The translations under genes were made by a program, and so were the position numbers. The notes beneath the pieces are model-generated. The model worked only from the letters and a program-made list of their open reading frames with translations, did no database searches and had not been told where the DNA came from. A stretch of DNA of 64,000 nucleotides from Gloeobacterales cyanobacterium (lineage in GTDB: Bacteria; Cyanobacteriota; Cyanobacteriia; Gloeobacterales; PMM-0068). Of the stretch, positions 30,625-40,107 are shown piece by piece. How positions within the stretch are numbered: the stretch's first letter is position 1; the number at the start of each line of letters is the position of its first letter. Location of the stretch: positions 96,001 to 160,000 of the forward strand of contig JBBRSB010000003.1 of NCBI GenBank assembly GCA_038245785.1, written 5' to 3'.

Positions 30625-32612
30625 GTGGCATTCTCGGTATTCGCTACCTGGATGGTCGTCCATTGGGCCGTGAGTACCTAGAACGCATGGTTGATATTCT
30701 TGCCCATCGTGGACCCGATGGAGCCGCTATTTGGTGTGAAGGTTCTATCGGTCTCGGGCATCGTATGCTCTGGACCACGCCTGAGTCTCTGTTGGAAAAA
30801 CAACCCTTGGCCGATCCGTCTAGCGAACTGACTATTACAGCAGACGCTCGTATTGATAACCGAGATGAACTAATCCATGACCTAAATCTTGATTCCTATC
30901 CGTCGGAAAAAATCACAGATAGCCAATTGATTTTGGCGGCTTACCATCAGTGGGGAGAAGACTGTCCCGATAAGCTTTTGGGTGATTTTGCCTTTGCTAT
31001 CTGGGATGGTCGCAAGCAACAGCTATTTTGTGCCAGAGATCATTTTGGCATTAAGCCTTTCTACTACTACGTGTCCAATCAAACCTTCGCTTTTGCCAGC
31101 GAAATTAAAGCCCTCTTTTGCCTGCCAGAAGTCCCGCAGCAGATCAGTGAGGTCAGGATTGGCGACTACTTAGCGTCCATGTTCCATGATGGGACGAGCA
31201 CCTCCTATCAGGATATCTTCCGACTTCCTCCCGCTCATCGCATGACCGTCCGTACTAGTGGCATCCAGCTACAACCTTATTGGGCTCTGAATCCCGATCG
31301 TGAAATACGTCTAAGCTCGGATGAAGCGTATGCAGTCAAGTTTCGAGAAATTTTTACAGAAGCCGTACGCTGTCGTCTGCGGAGTGCCTTTCCGATTGGT
31401 TCCACCTTAAGCGGCGGACTCGATTCTTCCTCCATTACCTGTGTGGCAAGAGGGCTCTTGTCCGAAAAGGGAGCGCAACCCCTACACACCTTCTCAGCCG
31501 TTTTTGACAAGCTCACGGAATGCGACGAACGCAGCTACATTAACGCTGTAGTTGCTCAGGGTGGGCTCGAACCACACTACATCCAGGCAGACCAGATCAG
31601 CCCTTTGAAAGATATAGAGCAAATGTTTTGGCATCAGGATGAAGCCTTTTATGCTCCTAACTGGTGTATGGGATGGGCCTTAAATAAGGCCGCGCATCAG
31701 CAAAAAGTTCGTGTTCTCTTAGATGGCTTCGATGGCGATACGACCGTTTCCCACGGGTATGGATACTTAAGTGAATTAGCCCGCGCCGGACGTTGGCTCA
31801 CTTTGATCAAGGAAGTCAAGGGCCTCGCTCATGCGCTGGATGAATCCTTCCCTCGGTGGCTTTGGAGCTATGTAAAGCACTTCGGCATCAAAACAACGGT
31901 CTCTAGATATCGGGTTCTTCGCCTACTTCATAGGATAGGATCTTTGCTAACGTCATTTTTCCGTCGCCCAAAGAGTCAACTTTCATCGTCAGCGGATTGG
32001 AGCGACCTTTTAGACCAAAAATTTGTTGCGCGGATCGGTATAGAGGAACGCCACCAGGCTTGGAAAAAAGTTCAAGGCCACTTAGGTTTGGACGAAAGAG
32101 AGCGCCACTATCGGAATATTGCGACCCAAGGCTTACCTCAATTTGCAGCCGAGACGATGGACAAGTCTATGGCAGCCTTTTCTCTTGAACCCCGTTATCC
32201 TTTTTGGGATAAGCGGTTGGTCGAGTTCTGCCTTGCTTTGCCCCCGGAACAAAAGCTGCACCTCGGATGGGACCGAGTCGTAATGCGCCGTGCGATGACC
32301 GATATTCTGCCTGTAGAAGTACAGTGGCGCAGAGGCAAAACAGACTTTTCATCGAATCTTGCTCATGGATTGCTGTTCTTTGAGAAAGAGTCTTTAGACC
32401 AGTTAATCCCGCATGGGTTAGGGAATCTTAAACAGTATCTAAATATCCCTGTCCTAGAGAAGATCTATCAACGATTTTTATCCTCAAAATCTCAGGAAGC
32501 AGGTATAGACGGGCGCAATATCTGGATAGTTGTTTCCCTTGCTTTGTGGCTGCAGCATAGAGCCCAAAGGAGACCTGAAAAAGTTAAGACAAAGGAGCTG
32601 AATCCAATGTGA
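30621..32612 (+). CDS. Lasso peptide cyclase (C protein, asparagine synthetase-like)
   Basis: SGGLDSS ATP motif, RDHFGIKP, DGFDGD. N-terminal Ser instead of the glutaminase Cys; flanked by B1/B2 and precursors. Confidence 0.92.
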   Translation: MSGILGIRYLDGRPLGREYLERMVDILAHRGPDGAAIWCEGSIGLGHRMLWTTPESLLEKQPLADPSSELTITADARIDNRDELIHDLNLDSYPSEKITDSQLILAAYHQWGEDCPDKLLGDFAFAIWDGRKQQLFCARDHFGIKPFYYYVSNQTFAFASEIKALFCLPEVPQQISEVRIGDYLASMFHDGTSTSYQDIFRLPPAHRMTVRTSGIQLQPYWALNPDREIRLSSDEAYAVKFREIFTEAVRCRLRSAFPIGSTLSGGLDSSSITCVARGLLSEKGAQPLHTFSAVFDKLTECDERSYINAVVAQGGLEPHYIQADQISPLKDIEQMFWHQDEAFYAPNWCMGWALNKAAHQQKVRVLLDGFDGDTTVSHGYGYLSELARAGRWLTLIKEVKGLAHALDESFPRWLWSYVKHFGIKTTVSRYRVLRLLHRIGSLLTSFFRRPKSQLSSSADWSDLLDQKFVARIGIEERHQAWKKVQGHLGLDERERHYRNIATQGLPQFAAETMDKSMAAFSLEPRYPFWDKRLVEFCLALPPEQKLHLGWDRVVMRRAMTDILPVEVQWRRGKTDFSSNLAHGLLFFEKESLDQLIPHGLGNLKQYLNIPVLEKIYQRFLSSKSQEAGIDGRNIWIVVSLALWLQHRAQRRPEKVKTKELNPM

Positions 32613-32642
32613 TAAGAAACTGAATACTTTTTCTGATAGTGA

Positions 32643-32697
32643 AGCTCATTGTCTTCTTGGCTGTTCTTTCAAGAGCATCTAAGAAAACAGCGAGCCT
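32643..32697 (+). promoter_or_regulatory. Conserved 5' stem-loop upstream of lasso precursor A1
   Basis: gctcattgtcttcttgg pairs with ctaagaaaacagcgagc (with G-U pairs); the same arms recur at 33015-33062. Confidence 0.6.
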
Positions 32698-32783
32698 AGT
32701 TGTCACCTATATTTAGGACCTTCTAGCTGGCTGTATCCCTGGCTCTCCACAGAGCTAATTAGCAAATCAATCAAGGAGAAACT

Positions 32784-32930
32784 ATGGCTTTTCAAAAGAA
32801 GTCTTACCTCAAACCTGAGCTAACCGTTCATGGTAATGTCGAAGTCCTAACCAAAGGAGGAAGTAGCGGTGGAAGCACAGACGCTTTCTTTCCGGTAGGC
32901 ACTCCGAAGGGTGGGGTGACCTTCTCCTAG
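32784..32930 (+). CDS. Lasso precursor A1: MAFQKKSYLKPELTVHGNVEVLTK|GGSSGGSTDAFFPVGTPKGGVTFS
   Basis: Manually translated (48 aa). AAGGAG RBS; leader YxxPxL..G and Thr(-2); core Gly1, Asp9, C-terminal Ser. Confidence 0.93.
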   Translation: MAFQKKSYLKPELTVHGNVEVLTKGGSSGGSTDAFFPVGTPKGGVTFS

Positions 32931-32954
32931 TGGAGTGAGCCAGACTAGATAAAT

Positions 32955-32991
32955 CAAGGATATCTAGAAGATAACAGTCTAGGTATCCTTG
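32955..32991 (+). terminator. 3' hairpin after precursor A1 (terminator or stabiliser)
   Basis: caaggatatctaga-N9-tctaggtatccttg; no clear U-tract. Confidence 0.5.
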
Positions 32992-33014
32992 CGAAATAGC
33001 TTGTCCTAATCATG

Positions 33015-33062
33015 AAGCTCCTTGTCTTCTTGGCTTGTTGCCGCTAAGAAAACAGCGAGCTT
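33015..33062 (+). promoter_or_regulatory. Conserved 5' stem-loop upstream of lasso precursor A2
   Basis: aagctccttgtcttcttggc...gctaagaaaacagcgagctt; same arms as copy 1 with a different loop. Confidence 0.6.
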
Positions 33063-33133
33063 AGTTGCCCCCGTATCCTGTGGCTTCTAGTTAACTGTAT
33101 CCACCCCCATATCAAATCGATCAAGGAAAAACC

Positions 33134-33280
33134 ATGGCTTTTCAAAAAAAGTCTTATCTCAAGCCTGAGTTAACCGTTCATGGCAATGTTGAAGTCCTGA
33201 CCAAGGGCTCATCCATTGGCAACTTTACGGATAGAGACTTTCCCACAGGGACTCCTCGAGGAGAGATAAGTTTCTCGTGA
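33134..33280 (+). CDS. Lasso precursor A2: MAFQKKSYLKPELTVHGNVEVLTK|GSSIGNFTDRDFPTGTPRGEISFS
   Basis: Manually translated (48 aa). AAGGA RBS; leader identical to A1; core Gly1, Asp9, C-terminal Ser. Confidence 0.93.
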   Translation: MAFQKKSYLKPELTVHGNVEVLTKGSSIGNFTDRDFPTGTPRGEISFS

Positions 33281-33322
33281 TAACTTTCTCCCTCTACGAG
33301 CCTAGCAATCCAAGCTAGGGAT

Positions 33323-33427
33323 ATTCTGGGGGTTCTGAGCTCAAAGTCCCCCAAAGTTGGGGGATTAGGGGGCGGTTCCAAGATCTGTATACCCCGTAGC
33401 CTTTTGAAGGGGGGAGCGGGGGGATCT
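33323..33427. repeat. Short dispersed GC-rich palindromic element (CCCCCAA..TGGGGG family)
   Basis: aaagtcccccaaagttgggggattagggggc; similar to 60245-60276. Confidence 0.65.
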
Positions 33428-33477
33428 TTGCAGGAAGTTTGGTCTAGTAAGTCTGGGTTTTAAGGAAAGTCGAAAGA

Positions 33478-34395
33478 ATGTACCACTACATCGCTTATGG
33501 TCTAAATATTTCCTCTGAGCTGTTGCTGCCAGAGTTAAAAATTTCATCAGTTGTGGAAGCAGATGTAGTTATCCAGTTGGGGAAAGTTAATTGGTTGCCA
33601 CCCGATCCTTGTCCCTCATGGAAGTACTTTCATTTTGACGGTGATACAGCTTACTTGTATTGGGATATTGTCGGCAAATTCCTAGTTCGTTCGGGTAGAG
33701 AGATTACTATCGAGCTGATTGAAGGAGTGGACGAAGGAGTCGTTCGTCTTCCCCTATTAGGGGCAGTCTTAGCGATGGTGCTTCATCAGCGCCAGTATTT
33801 GTTGCTCCATGGCAGTGCTGTTGCTATCAAAGAGCATGCCGTGATCTTTGCCGGAGCCTCAGGGCATGGTAAATCGACGATGGCCGCAACCCTCTATGGA
33901 CGGGGACATAGACTGATGGCTGATGATGTCTCTGCCATCAACCTTGAAAAGATAAGCAGACCGATGTTAATTCCAGGTTTTCCTCAAATTAAACTCTGGC
34001 CAGAAGCAGTCACGGCTGCCTTAGGGGATGATCCAGAAGCGCTTAAGAGAGTTCATCCAGACCTTGAAAAACGAGCCCGCCCCATGGCTAATGGTTTCTT
34101 GCAGGTACCGCTTCCCCTTGAGCGAATCTATCTACTCAGTGAAGGGCCAAGCGTGCATATCAAACCGTTGAAACCGCAAGAGGCGATCGCTAAACTAATT
34201 GGCAATTCTTTTATTCCAATGCTAGTGGGAGAAAAATTTATTCAAAGTAAGGGCACGGGTCTGCACATTTCCCAATGTGCGAATCTTGTCAAAAATGTTC
34301 CTATTTATACACTTGAGCGACCCTGTTCTCTTGAGCTGTTGTCAGATATAGCGCACTTGATAGAAGAAGATTTAGCGGCTCCCGTACAAATTTAA
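33478..34395 (+). CDS. HPr kinase-like lasso peptide kinase
   Basis: LHGSAV, Walker A GASGHGKST and LMADD motifs. Confidence 0.88.
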   Translation: MYHYIAYGLNISSELLLPELKISSVVEADVVIQLGKVNWLPPDPCPSWKYFHFDGDTAYLYWDIVGKFLVRSGREITIELIEGVDEGVVRLPLLGAVLAMVLHQRQYLLLHGSAVAIKEHAVIFAGASGHGKSTMAATLYGRGHRLMADDVSAINLEKISRPMLIPGFPQIKLWPEAVTAALGDDPEALKRVHPDLEKRARPMANGFLQVPLPLERIYLLSEGPSVHIKPLKPQEAIAKLIGNSFIPMLVGEKFIQSKGTGLHISQCANLVKNVPIYTLERPCSLELLSDIAHLIEEDLAAPVQI

Positions 34396-34398
34396 ACT

Positions 34399-36216
34399 AT
34401 GCGCCTAGACCAATTCTTAAAAAGTAAAATTCAAAAAGCTTCACGCTTTCTGCCTGCGCTCCGCTTAGTTTGGCAAAGCAGCCCTGGCTGGACGATCGCA
34501 CGCGTCATAATTTTAATCATTCTGGGAATCTTGCCTCTAATTTCGATTTATCTGGCCAAACTTATCGTAGATACGGTAACTATGGGTCTGATGGCGACGG
34601 ACAAAGCAGCTACTTTTTCTGAAATTTTAAAGTTACTGCTGTTAGCAGGAGTTGTCACAGTTATTAATGGTCTCTGTACATCCCTAAGCGAATTTGTGAA
34701 TACAGCCCATTCCCTACGGGTGACTGACTACATGCAGGGCATTATGCATGCTAAGTCAATTGAAGCAGACCTCGAATACTATGAGAATGCTAAATACTTC
34801 GATGCCCTACAGCGAGCGCAACAAGAAGCTCCCTACCGCCCGCCCCAAATTCTGAATCGTTTGGCCCAGGTTGGCCAGAACGGTATTTCTCTAATCACGA
34901 TGGTGGGTTTATTAAGCTCACTCCATTGGGGCATTATCGGGGTGCTCATAGTTGCGGCCCTGCCTGCTGTTTTTGTGCGCGTACATCAGTCTCGGATTAT
35001 GTATCAGTGGCAGCGGAAAAGAACGGGGATGGATCGGCAATCCATGTATTTAGGTTTTATGCTGACCGGAGACCTGTTTGCCAAAGAAATTCGACTATTT
35101 GGTCTAGGCTCTTTCTTTAGTGCATGGTATCTCCGTATTCGCCAACAGCTCTACGAAGAAAGATTAGACATTTCTAAAAGAAAAGCACTCGCAAATTTTC
35201 TAGCTCAGGGCTTTGCGGGCATTTTAATCTTTGCTATCTATAGCTTCATCATCTATCAAACGCTGCAAGGGGTTCTCCGTTTAGGAGATCTTGTTCTTTA
35301 TTACCAGGCTTTGCAACGAGGCCAGCTCAATATCAATGGACTTCTGACGGGCGTATCAGGTCTTTATGAAGATAATCTGTTCCTGACAAATCTATACGAG
35401 TTTCTAGACCTCAAGCCCACTATTGTGGATCCTACAGTTTCCAAGCCATTTCCCGAAACTATAAAGACAGGTATTGTCTTTAATCAGGTTAGTTTTCAAT
35501 ATTCCAACAGCACTCGTCAAGCACTCAGCAATATCAATCTTTGCATTGAACCAGGAAAAACTATTGCTTTGGTGGGAGAAAATGGCTGTGGAAAAACAAC
35601 CTTAATTAAACTTCTTTGCCGTCTGTACGACCCAACTTCTGGCAGTATCACCATTGATGGAATTGATATCCGTGAGTTCAAAATAGCCGATTTGCGTCGT
35701 CAAGTGGGTGTGATTTTTCAAGACTATGCGAAGTATAACCTCACTGCTTTTGAGAATATCTGGCTAGGGAACGTTGAGGTTCCGCGAGAGGACGAAAAAA
35801 TCATAGCAGCGGCCTATCGTTCTGGAGCGAATGAAGTGATTCAGCAGTTACCGCAAGGTTATGACACCGTGTTGGGTAAGTTATTCGACCAGGGAGAAGA
35901 GCTCAGCATCGGTCAGTGGCAAAAAATAGCTTTGGCCAGGGCCTTTCTGCGCTCCTCACAGCTAATTATTTTAGATGAGCCAACCAGCGCCATGGATCCA
36001 AAGGCGGAATACGAAGTCTTCAACCAATTTCACCAGTTGATTAAAGACCAGGCGGCTATTCTGATTACCCATCGTTTATCAACAGTAAAAATGGCAGACT
36101 GCATTTATGTCATGGATCAAGGTTCCATCGTCGAATCGGGCACCCATGATCAACTGATGCAGCAAAGAGGCTCCTATGCCCATTTGTTTGAAACCCAAGC
36201 CCAAAACTATCGGTGA
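34399..36216 (+). CDS. ABC exporter (TMD + NBD)
   Basis: AKEIRLF, GENGCGKTT, LSIGQWQK and LILDEPT motifs. Confidence 0.92.
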   Translation: MRLDQFLKSKIQKASRFLPALRLVWQSSPGWTIARVIILIILGILPLISIYLAKLIVDTVTMGLMATDKAATFSEILKLLLLAGVVTVINGLCTSLSEFVNTAHSLRVTDYMQGIMHAKSIEADLEYYENAKYFDALQRAQQEAPYRPPQILNRLAQVGQNGISLITMVGLLSSLHWGIIGVLIVAALPAVFVRVHQSRIMYQWQRKRTGMDRQSMYLGFMLTGDLFAKEIRLFGLGSFFSAWYLRIRQQLYEERLDISKRKALANFLAQGFAGILIFAIYSFIIYQTLQGVLRLGDLVLYYQALQRGQLNINGLLTGVSGLYEDNLFLTNLYEFLDLKPTIVDPTVSKPFPETIKTGIVFNQVSFQYSNSTRQALSNINLCIEPGKTIALVGENGCGKTTLIKLLCRLYDPTSGSITIDGIDIREFKIADLRRQVGVIFQDYAKYNLTAFENIWLGNVEVPREDEKIIAAAYRSGANEVIQQLPQGYDTVLGKLFDQGEELSIGQWQKIALARAFLRSSQLIILDEPTSAMDPKAEYEVFNQFHQLIKDQAAILITHRLSTVKMADCIYVMDQGSIVESGTHDQLMQQRGSYAHLFETQAQNYR

Positions 36217-37418
36217 GTAGTCTGATGAGCTCCCTAACCCAGTCTCCGCCTAAAGTCTCCGCGACGGCTATGCGTCCAGAAATCGAGCTGTTGCTCTGCG
36301 CGGCCCGCACCTACCTCGATTCTGCAACCGCTCAATGTATGAGCACGCTGCTCCAGGAAGATATGGATTGGACCTATCTAATCCACCTTGCAACCTGTCA
36401 CAAAGTGATGCCGCTCCTGTACCAGAGTTTAAGCATCATCGGTCTAGAAGCTGTCCCTCCAGCTATTCTCGCTCAACTGCACGCCCACTTCCGTCGCAAT
36501 ACGATGCAGAACCTGTTCTTAACCCAAGAACTAATCAAGCTCTTGGATCAGTTCAAGGAAAAGGACATCCCTGTTATTCCCTACAAAGGCCCCGTTCTAG
36601 CAGCTTTTGCCTACGGCAAGCTGTCCCTTCGTCAGAGTGGGGACTTAGACCTCCTCGTTTCTGCCGAAAATTATCCGCAGGCGAAGGCATTGCTCCTCGA
36701 ACGCGGTTATCAAATGCTGCTCGACAGCAAACATGAGAAGGCTCATCTGCAAGCTCAGCTATGGAATGACAAGCTGAGGGTCAGCGTAGACCTGCATTAT
36801 GGAATTCCGCCCAAGGAACTTCGACTCAACCCGGAGCGATTCTGGGAAAGCCTGCAGACCTTTTCTTTGAATGACAAAAAAATAGAAGTGCTCTCTCCGG
36901 AAGCCCACCTGCTGCTCCTGTGCGTGGATGGACACAAGGAAAGTTGGAATCAGTTGTTTAAACTCTGCGGTGTGGCCGCCATCATTCACGCCTATCCCAC
37001 GATGGATTGGGAAAAGCTCATCGCTTGGGCTGAACAGTTGAGGATGAAGCACATTCTCTGTATGGCTCTATTGCTCGCGAACGACTTGTTAGGCACCACC
37101 CTCCCTGAAGAAGTCTTGCAAAACGCCAAAGCCAGCTCTGTGAGGAGATTCCTGGTCAAGCATTGGCGTGAATATCTCTTCTCTGAGCCAGAGAGTCAGA
37201 CGGATGTTGCTCAAAAGAAACTTTTCCACCCGCAGACCATAGCACCCCTCTACCGCCTGTCTATGGCTGACCTCAAGAATATGATGATGCCAACGGAGGT
37301 CGACCAAGCATGGCTTCCCCTCCCGCCTGCTATCTCTTTTCTCTACTATCTGCTGCGACCGATCCGCTTAGTTTGGAAGTATGGACCCGTGTTTATCGAC
37401 CGTTCGGCGGCATCTTAG
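36213..37418 (+). CDS. Nucleotidyltransferase family protein (lasso-cluster type)
   Basis: YKGPVLA..AYG...R.SGDLDLLV and VDLH motifs; start overlaps the ABC stop (GTGA). Confidence 0.85.
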   Translation: MSSLMSSLTQSPPKVSATAMRPEIELLLCAARTYLDSATAQCMSTLLQEDMDWTYLIHLATCHKVMPLLYQSLSIIGLEAVPPAILAQLHAHFRRNTMQNLFLTQELIKLLDQFKEKDIPVIPYKGPVLAAFAYGKLSLRQSGDLDLLVSAENYPQAKALLLERGYQMLLDSKHEKAHLQAQLWNDKLRVSVDLHYGIPPKELRLNPERFWESLQTFSLNDKKIEVLSPEAHLLLLCVDGHKESWNQLFKLCGVAAIIHAYPTMDWEKLIAWAEQLRMKHILCMALLLANDLLGTTLPEEVLQNAKASSVRRFLVKHWREYLFSEPESQTDVAQKKLFHPQTIAPLYRLSMADLKNMMMPTEVDQAWLPLPPAISFLYYLLRPIRLVWKYGPVFIDRSAAS

Positions 37419-37434
37419 CTCGGTAGCTTTGTTC

Positions 37435-38136
37435 CTATTTTCTGGGTGCGAACAGCTTTTTGAGGGTTTCTAGATTTTTCCCCTGGATGGTGTAGCCAAC
37501 AAAGGGAAACGCGCAATCTTTTACGTCCAGAACCCCTTGCGTATCGTCCTTACAATAATTCGAATTCGCAATCCGGTCCGTGCGCAGTTGGGCTTTCACG
37601 GCTACTTTTTTGCTTGCTCGCTGGATCAGGTCGGCCACTTCTGGCGTGAGGGTCAGGCGGGCGGTGTCACCCTTGGGACTGCGGGACACTTCTGCTTTGA
37701 CAACGGACGGCGGCAACGTATCCCCATCGACTTCCAGAAATACCGTGGGCAGGTTTTGGCTAAAGGTATGGGTGCCATCAGCTGTGCCTTCTAGCCCGAT
37801 ATTCACATAGTAGGCACTCACTTTATTAGCTGGGTTAAAAGACCGACGAGCGGTGACCAGCAGCTTAGTCGTGTAGTCTTTGCCATCCTGCTTCAGGTTG
37901 ATTTCTCCTAAGGAGGCCCCCCCTGAGGTGTAGTAGGGCGTGCCATCGGACCGCAGCAGGAAATAGTCTCCTGGGGCTCCCTTGGGCAAGGGGAACGTCT
38001 GTATATTCGGATCTTCCTTGAGTGGGGTAGAAGCTATAGGCTCTGGCTTTTCTAAAGACACTAGAGGCGGTTCGCTTTGACAGGACGCAATCAAAGTTAA
38101 AAGAATACAAGCCAGGACAGATCTGTAGGTAAACAT
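37435..38136 (-). CDS. Hypothetical lipoprotein
   Basis: ATG 38136 gives MFTYRSVLACILLTLIASC with a lipobox-like Cys. Confidence 0.7.
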   Translation of the reverse strand: MFTYRSVLACILLTLIASCQSEPPLVSLEKPEPIASTPLKEDPNIQTFPLPKGAPGDYFLLRSDGTPYYTSGGASLGEINLKQDGKDYTTKLLVTARRSFNPANKVSAYYVNIGLEGTADGTHTFSQNLPTVFLEVDGDTLPPSVVKAEVSRSPKGDTARLTLTPEVADLIQRASKKVAVKAQLRTDRIANSNYCKDDTQGVLDVKDCAFPFVGYTIQGKNLETLKKLFAPRK

Positions 38137-38211
38137 AGTTCTAGCTTCCCATAGGAAAGGACACTCTAGTAAGCCTGTAAGCCAGATGCCGACCAAAATC
38201 CAGGCATTTCC

Positions 38212-38225
38212 GTAGTAGTTGTTAC
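38212..38225. promoter_or_regulatory. Second NtcA-box match
   Basis: GTA-gtagttgt-TAC. Confidence 0.5.
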
Positions 38226-38289
38226 AGACAGAGCGGACCACACTGGTAGGAAAACGTAACCTTGTTTGCAGGGCTTCATGCCTATTTCT

Positions 38290-38332
38290 GTATCAAAAAA
38301 TACAAAACTGGGGTTCACAACTTCACTAGACT
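38290..38332 (+). promoter_or_regulatory. NtcA-activated glnA promoter (GTA-N8-TAC plus -10 TAN3T)
   Basis: GTAtcaaaaaaTAC at 38290-38303 and TAGACT at 38327-38332 (23-nt spacer). Confidence 0.8.
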
Positions 38333-38418
38333 GTTCCATCCTTGTTTCTGTTCACAGTGGGTCAAAGCCTATCTAGGGGCAAGGTTTTTAAATTTAGACT
38401 TCAAGGAGCACACGGAGT

Positions 38419-39840
38419 ATGTCGAAGACCCCCAAAGACGTCATGCAATTGATAAAAGACAAGGGCGTCAAAATTGTTGATCTGAAATTTATTGACCTGC
38501 CTGGAATTTGGCAACACTGTTCTTTTTACATTGACGAAATTAGTGAACAAACCATCACCGAAGGCTTAGCCTTTGATGGTTCCAGTATTCGCGGATGGAA
38601 AGCGATCAATGAATCCGACATGCTCATGGTCCCCGACCCCAATTCAGCCTTTATTGACCCGTTCATGGAAGGTCCAACCCTGAGCATGACCTGTAGCATC
38701 CGTGAGCCTCGGACGGGAGAACCCTACAGCCGTTGCCCTCGGGTCATTGCCAGCAAAGCCCTAGAGTACGTCAAAAATTCTGGAGTGGCAGACACCATCT
38801 ACGTCGGGCCTGAAGCTGAGTTCTTCATCTTTGATGATGTGCGCTTTGACCAGACCGTAAACTCTGGCTACTACTATGTGGATTCTGTAGAAGGTCGCTG
38901 GAATTCTGGTCGCAAAGAAGACGGCGGAAACCTAGGCTATAAGCCCCGCTACAAAGAAGGCTATTTCCCTGTGCCTCCCACCGACACGTTGCAGGATATC
39001 CGGACGGAAATGCTGCTGACCATGGGTGAATTGGGCGTTCCTATCGAAAAGCATCACCATGAAGTAGCAACGGGTGGACAGAATGAACTCGGTATCCGCT
39101 TCCTGCCTATTGTTCAGGCAGGGGATGCCCTGATGATCTACAAGTACGTCATTAAAAACGTGGCCCGCAAGCATGGCAAGACCGTTACCTTTATGCCCAA
39201 ACCCTTGTTTAACGACAATGGCAGTGGGATGCATACCCACCAGTCTCTATGGAAAGATGGTCAGCCTCTCTTTGCGGGTGATAAGTACGCAGGCTTAAGC
39301 CAAATGGCTCTCTGGTATATCGGCGGCATCCTCAAGCATGCTCCGGCTCTGTTGGCGATTACCAATCCATCCACCAATTCCTACAAGCGTTTGGTGCCTG
39401 GTTTCGAAGCTCCGGTCAACCTGGCCTACTCCCAGGGCAACCGTTCTGCCTCGGTCCGTATCCCTCTTTCTGGGGATAGTCCAAAAGCCAAGCGTTTGGA
39501 ATTCCGCTGCCCCGATGCCTCTAGCAATCCTTACTTGGCCTTCGCCGCGATGACAATGGCTGGGATGGATGGTATCAAGAACCAAATTGATCCTGGTGAG
39601 CCTCTGGATGTGGATATCTATGAACTCTCTCCAGAAGAATTGGCGAAGGTTCCCTCCACGCCTGGTTCTCTGGCAGAAGCCTTGGAAGCCCTGAAAGCCG
39701 ACCATGCGTTCTTAACTGCCGGTGAAGTGTTCAGCGAAGAACTGATTTCCACCTGGATTGAGTACAAGTTGAGCAATGAAGTGATCCCAATGAGTCTGCG
39801 TCCTCATCCCCATGAATTTGCTTTGTACTATGACTGTTAA
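38419..39840 (+). CDS. glnA: Glutamine synthetase type I
   Basis: [27 protein letters not shown] and NRSASVRIP motifs. Confidence 0.98.
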   Translation: MSKTPKDVMQLIKDKGVKIVDLKFIDLPGIWQHCSFYIDEISEQTITEGLAFDGSSIRGWKAINESDMLMVPDPNSAFIDPFMEGPTLSMTCSIREPRTGEPYSRCPRVIASKALEYVKNSGVADTIYVGPEAEFFIFDDVRFDQTVNSGYYYVDSVEGRWNSGRKEDGGNLGYKPRYKEGYFPVPPTDTLQDIRTEMLLTMGELGVPIEKHHHEVATGGQNELGIRFLPIVQAGDALMIYKYVIKNVARKHGKTVTFMPKPLFNDNGSGMHTHQSLWKDGQPLFAGDKYAGLSQMALWYIGGILKHAPALLAITNPSTNSYKRLVPGFEAPVNLAYSQGNRSASVRIPLSGDSPKAKRLEFRCPDASSNPYLAFAAMTMAGMDGIKNQIDPGEPLDVDIYELSPEELAKVPSTPGSLAEALEALKADHAFLTAGEVFSEELISTWIEYKLSNEVIPMSLRPHPHEFALYYDC

Positions 39841-39861
39841 TTCATCGATCTAATGAGCAGC

Positions 39862-39889
39862 AACCGCTTCCTTCGGGAGGCGGTTTTTT
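39862..39889 (+). terminator. Intrinsic terminator of glnA
   Basis: aaccgcttcc-ttcg-ggaggcggtt followed by a T-run. Confidence 0.85.
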
Positions 39890-39915
39890 GTGGCTTGGTG
39901 TTGGGGAATTTTCGA

Positions 39916-40107
39916 TGGTTATCCGAACATTATCTATATATGGATTTGGATGAATGGATGATTATGCCCAAACATGTGCACCGGATTTTGATATGAAACG
40001 AACATCCGGTAGGGGCGATTTGCAAATCGCCCCTACGCACCCCAAAAATGCCACCACACAATCCGGAAACCCATTTTGGCGCAATTATGATGAATGAATC
40101 ATCCGAT
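39916..40107 (+). pseudogene. Remnant of a REP-associated tyrosine transposase (RAYT/IS200-like TnpA)
   Basis: WLSEHYLYMDLDEWMIMPKHVHRILI* (MPNHxH HUH-like) and FWRNYDE*IIR (WQRNYYEHIIR-like); internally deleted. Confidence 0.75.
40009..40036. repeat. GTAG-type REP palindrome
   Basis: gtaggggcgatttgcaaatcgcccctac, a perfect palindrome. Confidence 0.85.

Noticed and set aside
30621..32612. Housekeeping asparagine synthetase asnB
   Set aside because: Lacks the N-terminal catalytic Cys and sits between lasso B1/B2 genes and precursors, so it is called a lasso cyclase.
33178..33547. Minus-strand ORFs 33178-33381 and 33365-33547
   Set aside because: Antisense to precursor A2 and the kinase; the PPNPPTLGD sequence derives from the palindromic repeat.
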